In this document: piece by piece, positions 59,397 through 64,000 of the stretch
How the letters are laid out: every line of letters begins with the position of its first letter
Position numbering within the stretch: position 1 is the stretch's first letter
From: Acidobacteriota bacterium
GTDB lineage: Bacteria > Acidobacteriota > UBA6911 > RPQK01 > JAJDTT01
Length of the DNA stretch: 64,000 nt
Reading direction: 5' to 3'
NCBI GenBank assembly: GCA_965263035.1
Contig: OZ253580.1
Location: 4,672,001 to 4,736,000 of the forward strand
The notes under the pieces: model-generated
Seen by the model: the letters and a program-made list of their open reading frames with translations, nothing else
Databases searched by the model: none
What the model was told of the DNA's origin: nothing
Program-made: the position numbers and the translations under genes

Positions 59397-61046
59397 ATGA
59401 AAATCGAGGCTTCACGACCGGCCGCGAGCCAAAGGCGGGGGGCGAACTACAGAATCGGCTGGCTCCTGGCCGGCCTGCTCTGGTCGCTTTTCTTCCCGGA
59501 ACTGGTGGCTTCCAACTCGGCGGTCCTGGAGATCGGAAACCGGAAACAATTGTTTGTGGACCGCCACGTGGTGGAGAGTCTGACCCACGCCAAACGGGTG
59601 CTCAACCCGGCCGCCAAGCATCCGGCCAACCCCCTGGTCAAGCCGGACCGGCCCTGGGAAGGGCATTATCTCGGGCTGGGTCAGGTCCTGTATGACCAGG
59701 ACCGCAAGGTCTTCAGGATGTGGTACGGGACCACCGGACGTTTCGTGCCCAAAAAAGGAGGCGATCGGATCCGTCCCTACCGCTGGGACTGGTCGGTGGA
59801 GGATGGCCGGGCCGTCCGCCGGAAGGTGGAGGAGATCTACGGCTACAGCGAATACGCTGGCCGCAACGATTGGATCGGGCTCTACGCCGAATCTCCGGAC
59901 GGCATCCACTGGACGAAACCGAATCTGGGACTGGTGGAGTTCCAGGGTTCACGCGACAACAATATTCTGCCCGCCGGAGAATACGTTCCCGCCCATTACG
60001 ATCCCTACGAGCCGGACCCGGACAAACGCTACAAGAAGGTGGTCCGGCGCAAATCCAGCCGAGACCCGAAGAACGATCCGGGCCTCTACGCCTGGGACGG
60101 CGTGCAGGTCGACTTCTTCCATTCCCCCGACGGCATCAACTGGACTCCCTACCCGGACAATCCTCGAACCGTGGGTGAGGGTGATCCCTGGTGGCTGCGG
60201 CGCTGGGGCGGATTCGTCGGCAACTGGGACCCCATCGGGAAGCACTACGTCAAGTACCAGGAAAACTGCCTGCACCGTTACTGTCCCCTGGGAATCCGGG
60301 TCATCGGCCGGGCTCAGAGTCCCGACATGGTCCGGTGGACCGAGATGGAGACGATCCTGATACCGGACCGGGACGACTTTCCCGACACCGAGTTCTACGG
60401 CATGCCGGTCTTTTATTACGAGGGGCTCCGGATCGGGCTGGTGTGGATCTTCCGGACCACCAACACCCTGCACTATCCTCAGTTGGCCGTCAGCCGGAAC
60501 GGAGTCCGGTTCGAGCGTGAGTTCCGCGAGCCCCTGGTGAGGGTGGGGGACAACGGCGACTTCGACGAGAGCACGGTCTACGTCAGGGCTCCCCTGGTTC
60601 ATGACGGTCAGATCCGGATCTACTACTACGGGGGCAACTGGAGAGGCCCGGAGGCTCTCTACGAACAGGGAGATCGGGCCGTCTTCGCCGTGGGCCTGGC
60701 GACGCTCCCCGAAGACGGATTCGTCTCGGTGGACTCGGGAAAGATCCGCCCCGGCGAGCTGGTAACCCGGCCTCTCAGGTTCCAGGGTCAGACGTTGGTG
60801 GTGAACATGGCGGCCGCCAAGCACAATCATGGTTCCGGCCGGCCCCAGGTTCGCGTGGAGTTGCTGGGAGTCTCCCACGAACCCATCGAGGGGTTCCTGC
60901 TCCGTGAGTCCGATCCGGTCACGGCCACCGGCCGGCACGTCGTGAGTTGGCAGGGAAGAAACGACGTCGGCCGTTTGGCCGGCCAAGCCGTGCGGCTCCG
61001 GTTCTCCATGAAGAACGCCAAGCTTTACTCCTTCCAATTCCGGTAG
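59397..61046 (+). CDS. Secreted GH32/GH43-like five-bladed propeller protein
   Basis: KQLFVD, KHPANPLV, FRMWY, AESPDGIHW.KPNLG and GLATL..DGFVS motifs; similar to the C-half of 47237-49990. Confidence 0.78.
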   Translation: MKIEASRPAASQRRGANYRIGWLLAGLLWSLFFPELVASNSAVLEIGNRKQLFVDRHVVESLTHAKRVLNPAAKHPANPLVKPDRPWEGHYLGLGQVLYDQDRKVFRMWYGTTGRFVPKKGGDRIRPYRWDWSVEDGRAVRRKVEEIYGYSEYAGRNDWIGLYAESPDGIHWTKPNLGLVEFQGSRDNNILPAGEYVPAHYDPYEPDPDKRYKKVVRRKSSRDPKNDPGLYAWDGVQVDFFHSPDGINWTPYPDNPRTVGEGDPWWLRRWGGFVGNWDPIGKHYVKYQENCLHRYCPLGIRVIGRAQSPDMVRWTEMETILIPDRDDFPDTEFYGMPVFYYEGLRIGLVWIFRTTNTLHYPQLAVSRNGVRFEREFREPLVRVGDNGDFDESTVYVRAPLVHDGQIRIYYYGGNWRGPEALYEQGDRAVFAVGLATLPEDGFVSVDSGKIRPGELVTRPLRFQGQTLVVNMAAAKHNHGSGRPQVRVELLGVSHEPIEGFLLRESDPVTATGRHVVSWQGRNDVGRLAGQAVRLRFSMKNAKLYSFQFR

Positions 61047-61097
61047 TTGGGAGAAATTGCCATGGGAACCCGGTGCAAAAGCGGGTAACCTGAACAG

Positions 61098-61580
61098 ATG
61101 ATCTCGTTCAAGCGCCAAGAGGCTCTGCGATTGCTGGAGGAAGCGAACCGGCGGCACCAGCGAGGCGACATCGAAGGCGCCAAGGAGAAGTACAAGGAGT
61201 CGATCCAAGTGCATCCCACCGCCGACGCCCACACCTTCCTGGGTTGGATGTATGGAATACAGGGGCGTCTCCGGCTGGCCATCCGGCATTGCAAGATCGC
61301 CATCGATCTGGATCCCGATTTCGGCAACCCCTACAACGACATCGGCGTCTATCTGATGCAGCAGAACCGGCTTGACGAGGCGGTGCCGTGGCTGCAGCGG
61401 GCCATGCAGGCCGAGCGCTACGAGCCGCGCCAGTTCCCTCACCTCAACATGGGCCGGATTCATCTGGCCCGGAAGGAGTACGGAAAGGCTCTCGAGGAGT
61501 TTCGCCGCGCGCTTCGCCACGCGCCCGAAGACCGGACCGCCGCGGCCGCTTTCCGGGACTTGGTAGGAAAGCTCAATTGA
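61098..61580 (+). CDS. TPR protein
   Basis: AHTFLGW, AIDLDPDFGNPYNDIG and PHLNMGRI TPR units. Confidence 0.9.
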   Translation: MISFKRQEALRLLEEANRRHQRGDIEGAKEKYKESIQVHPTADAHTFLGWMYGIQGRLRLAIRHCKIAIDLDPDFGNPYNDIGVYLMQQNRLDEAVPWLQRAMQAERYEPRQFPHLNMGRIHLARKEYGKALEEFRRALRHAPEDRTAAAAFRDLVGKLN

Positions 61581-61656
61581 CCGCCGGCCCCGGCGAATTA
61601 TGGCTTCGCCCGGTGACGCTGAGAGCCCGGGCTGAAGAGACGAACGGAGAAACCAA

Positions 61657-62916
61657 ATGACCGCAGGCGGATCCGTCTGGTACAAGCAGCTTCACTGGCA
61701 GATCGCCATCGCCATGGTGCTCGGCATTCTGGCCGGCCTGGCCGGAGGCGAGTACTTGGCGGACAAGGTGGGATGGATAGGGCAGCTCTTCATCAAGCTG
61801 CTCAAGATGGTGATCGTTCCCCTGGTTCTGACCTCCATCATTTCAGGCGTGGCCTCGGTGGGCGGAGCGGGATTGGGCCGGATGTTCGGAAAGACTCTCG
61901 GCTACTACGTGTTCACCAGCTTTTTTGCCGTCCTCACCGGATTGGTGCTGGTCAACCTCATCCAACCGGGTGTCGGGGCCGACTTGGTGGACGCGGCGAC
62001 CAAGGAGATGCCCGATGTCACCGTCGTGAGCTCTCCGGTGGATCTGATCCTGGACATCGTTCCGGAGAACATCGTCGCCGCCGGCTCCGAGACCAAGATG
62101 CTCTCGATCATCCTTTTCGCGATTCTGCTGGGCGTGAGCATCGCCAGTTTGCCCCGGCGCCACCGGGAACCCCTGGTGGGTTTCGTCGGAGCGGCCTTCC
62201 AAGCGATGATGCGTCTGACCTCGGGCATCATCCACTGGGTGGCTCCCATCGGTGTCTTCTCTCTGATCCTCACCCTGGTCGGAACCACCGGCCTGGGTTC
62301 CTTCAAGGCATTGGGACTCTACGCCTTGGTCCTGATTCTCGGGCTGTCGTTCCATCTGTTCTTCACGCTTCCGTTGACTTTGAAGCTGGTGGGCGGCATC
62401 AATCCCATCATTCATTTCAAGAACATGGTGGAACCCATGTTCATGGCCTTTTCCACCAGTTCGTCGGGCGCGACGCTCCCCGTGACCATCAACTCCGTGC
62501 ACAAGAAGGTCGGCGTCTCCAACCGGGTCACTTCCTTCGTGTTGCCCATGGGCGCCACCATCAACATGGACGGCACGGCCCTGTACGAATGCGCCGGGGT
62601 CCTGTTCATCGCCCAGGTGATGGGAGTCACCATGGGGTTCGAACAACAGGTCCTGATCGTGGTGACGGCGTTGCTGGCCTCCATCGGCGCAGCGGCCGTG
62701 CCCTCGGCCGGTCTGGTGGTGATCTTCATCGTCCTGGAGGCCGTCAATCTGACCGGACCGCAAGTGGCCTTGATCGTGGGCGCCATGCTGGCCATCGATC
62801 GTCCGCTGGACATGTACCGTACGGTGGTCAATGTCTACAGCGACTCCTGCGGCGCGGCCATCATCGCGCGCTCCGAGGGCGAGTCGGAGGTGGATACGGT
62901 GGTGGTGCGGAACTGA
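61657..62916 (+). CDS. Dicarboxylate/amino acid:cation symporter (DAACS/GltP family)
   Basis: LLKMVIVPLV, AFSTSSSGATLP, GATINMDGTALY and DMYRTVVNVYSD motifs. Confidence 0.95.
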   Translation: MTAGGSVWYKQLHWQIAIAMVLGILAGLAGGEYLADKVGWIGQLFIKLLKMVIVPLVLTSIISGVASVGGAGLGRMFGKTLGYYVFTSFFAVLTGLVLVNLIQPGVGADLVDAATKEMPDVTVVSSPVDLILDIVPENIVAAGSETKMLSIILFAILLGVSIASLPRRHREPLVGFVGAAFQAMMRLTSGIIHWVAPIGVFSLILTLVGTTGLGSFKALGLYALVLILGLSFHLFFTLPLTLKLVGGINPIIHFKNMVEPMFMAFSTSSSGATLPVTINSVHKKVGVSNRVTSFVLPMGATINMDGTALYECAGVLFIAQVMGVTMGFEQQVLIVVTALLASIGAAAVPSAGLVVIFIVLEAVNLTGPQVALIVGAMLAIDRPLDMYRTVVNVYSDSCGAAIIARSEGESEVDTVVVRN

Positions 62917-62998
62917 GGGAATTGCGGCTGAGACAGAGAAGCGGGGAAGCATTCCCAATGGTCGCGGGTAGGCAAAGAGACAACGCGGGGAGCGCCGC

Positions 62999-64000
62999 GT
63001 GAGTCTCGGACCGTCACGGCCGACTCGTCGAGAGTTCCTGCAGACTGCGGCGGTCGGGGCAACGGCCGGCTTCGGCCTGGCCGGGTGCGGCAGTGGCCAG
63101 CCCCCGGCGCCCGGAAAAACGGTCTCCCTGACCGTGGTGAAGCGATCGGCGGTGACCGCCGGAGCAGCCCTGCACCGTGCCTTCCCGAGTCTGACCCGCC
63201 TTCGCGACGGGACGCTCCTGGTCGTCTACCGCGAGGGGAGCGATCACTGGAGGACCGACGACTCCGTCCTCAGGGCGACCCGATCCTCCGACAACGGGAC
63301 GACCTGGTCCGAGCCGGAAACCATATTCCAAGAGCCGGGTTGGGCGGCCGGAGCCCACCATGGTCCCCTTCAGCTCGCCGACAGCAGAATTCTGGTTCCG
63401 GCGCAGTGTATCCGGCACGTGGAGAAGGGCCAGCTCCGGAACCTCGAATTCCGCGTCTTCAATCTGCGCAGCGACGACGGAGGACGGACCTGGAAGAGGA
63501 GGGAGATCGGACCGCAGACCGGTTGGTCGTGGCAGAATCAATACGGGCGCCTGAAGGAGATCGACGGCAAGCTCTGGCAGGGGGGCGGCGGCCAAAGGGA
63601 AGGGGAAGACTACTGGCGCACCGGTTATTTCGTCTCCTACGATGACGGAGAATCTTGGCCCGAGTGGCACACTATCGCGACCCATCTGCAGGACGAACGG
63701 GACATCCTGGAACTGGGCGACGGCCGGTTGCTGAGCATGATCCGCAGCGGCAACGAAACCTACCGGAGCTATTCCGCGGACCGCGGGAAAAGCTGGAGCC
63801 CGGCGGAAAAGCTCGACCTCTTCGGCCAGTGCCCCAGCTTGTTGACGTTGCCTTCGGGTCACATTCTCTTCGCCTACCGCCAAGTGCGGCCGGGGGCTCC
63901 GGTGGGGGTGGGAGCAGCCGTGTCGGGTGACGGCGGAGCAACCTGGACCGAGACCGACCCGATATACGTCTCCCCGGACAACTCCCGGGACTGCGCCTAT
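62999..64000 (+). CDS. Tat-lipoprotein with sialidase-like BNR propeller (3' end beyond window)
   Basis: GTG start; TRREFL Tat motif, LAGC lipobox, AFP motif; Asp-boxes SSDNGTTW, SDDGGRTW, SYDDGESW, SADRGKSW; absent from the ORF track because it has no stop. Confidence 0.85.
   Translation, partial: MSLGPSRPTRREFLQTAAVGATAGFGLAGCGSGQPPAPGKTVSLTVVKRSAVTAGAALHRAFPSLTRLRDGTLLVVYREGSDHWRTDDSVLRATRSSDNGTTWSEPETIFQEPGWAAGAHHGPLQLADSRILVPAQCIRHVEKGQLRNLEFRVFNLRSDDGGRTWKRREIGPQTGWSWQNQYGRLKEIDGKLWQGGGGQREGEDYWRTGYFVSYDDGESWPEWHTIATHLQDERDILELGDGRLLSMIRSGNETYRSYSADRGKSWSPAEKLDLFGQCPSLLTLPSGHILFAYRQVRPGAPVGVGAAVSGDGGATWTETDPIYVSPDNSRDCAY

Overview
This is a GC-rich bacterial window. Its gene content (PSD1/DUF1501 and DUF1592/DUF1552 pairs, many BNR/Asp-box propellers, LRR/TPR/NHL proteins) suggests an Acidobacteriota/PVC-like heterotroph, possibly host-associated; that assignment is inference only. 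The backbone is catabolic and transport genes: MFS, SSS, NRAMP-like and DAACS transporters, GGT, FAH, a ThDP enzyme, an amidohydrolase pair with a Rieske ferredoxin, Gfo/Idh/MocA dehydrogenases, nagB and pckA. Several small accessory or defence-like inserts sit within it: (1) a TIR - Rip-like membrane protein - TIR operon (6845-8349) broken by a 1-bp frameshift and a MITE insertion; (2) a ~4.6-kb island bounded by a duplicated 3' end of the NRAMP-like gene; (3) an orphan RHH antitoxin between purine-rich inverted repeats; (4) a 2-TM protein with a strong internal RBS whose C-terminal module is duplicated as a stand-alone gene starting at that internal ATG, reminiscent of Rpn long/short toxin-antitoxin proteins; (5) a HEPN-MNT pair between two tandem copies of a Tat-exported dehydrogenase. 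Three copies of a 159-bp CTAG-flanked MITE and many GGGAG-type REP/REPIN hairpins are present. I saw no rRNA, tRNA, CRISPR array, integrase or transposase. All family names come from motif recognition by eye and need HMM confirmation.
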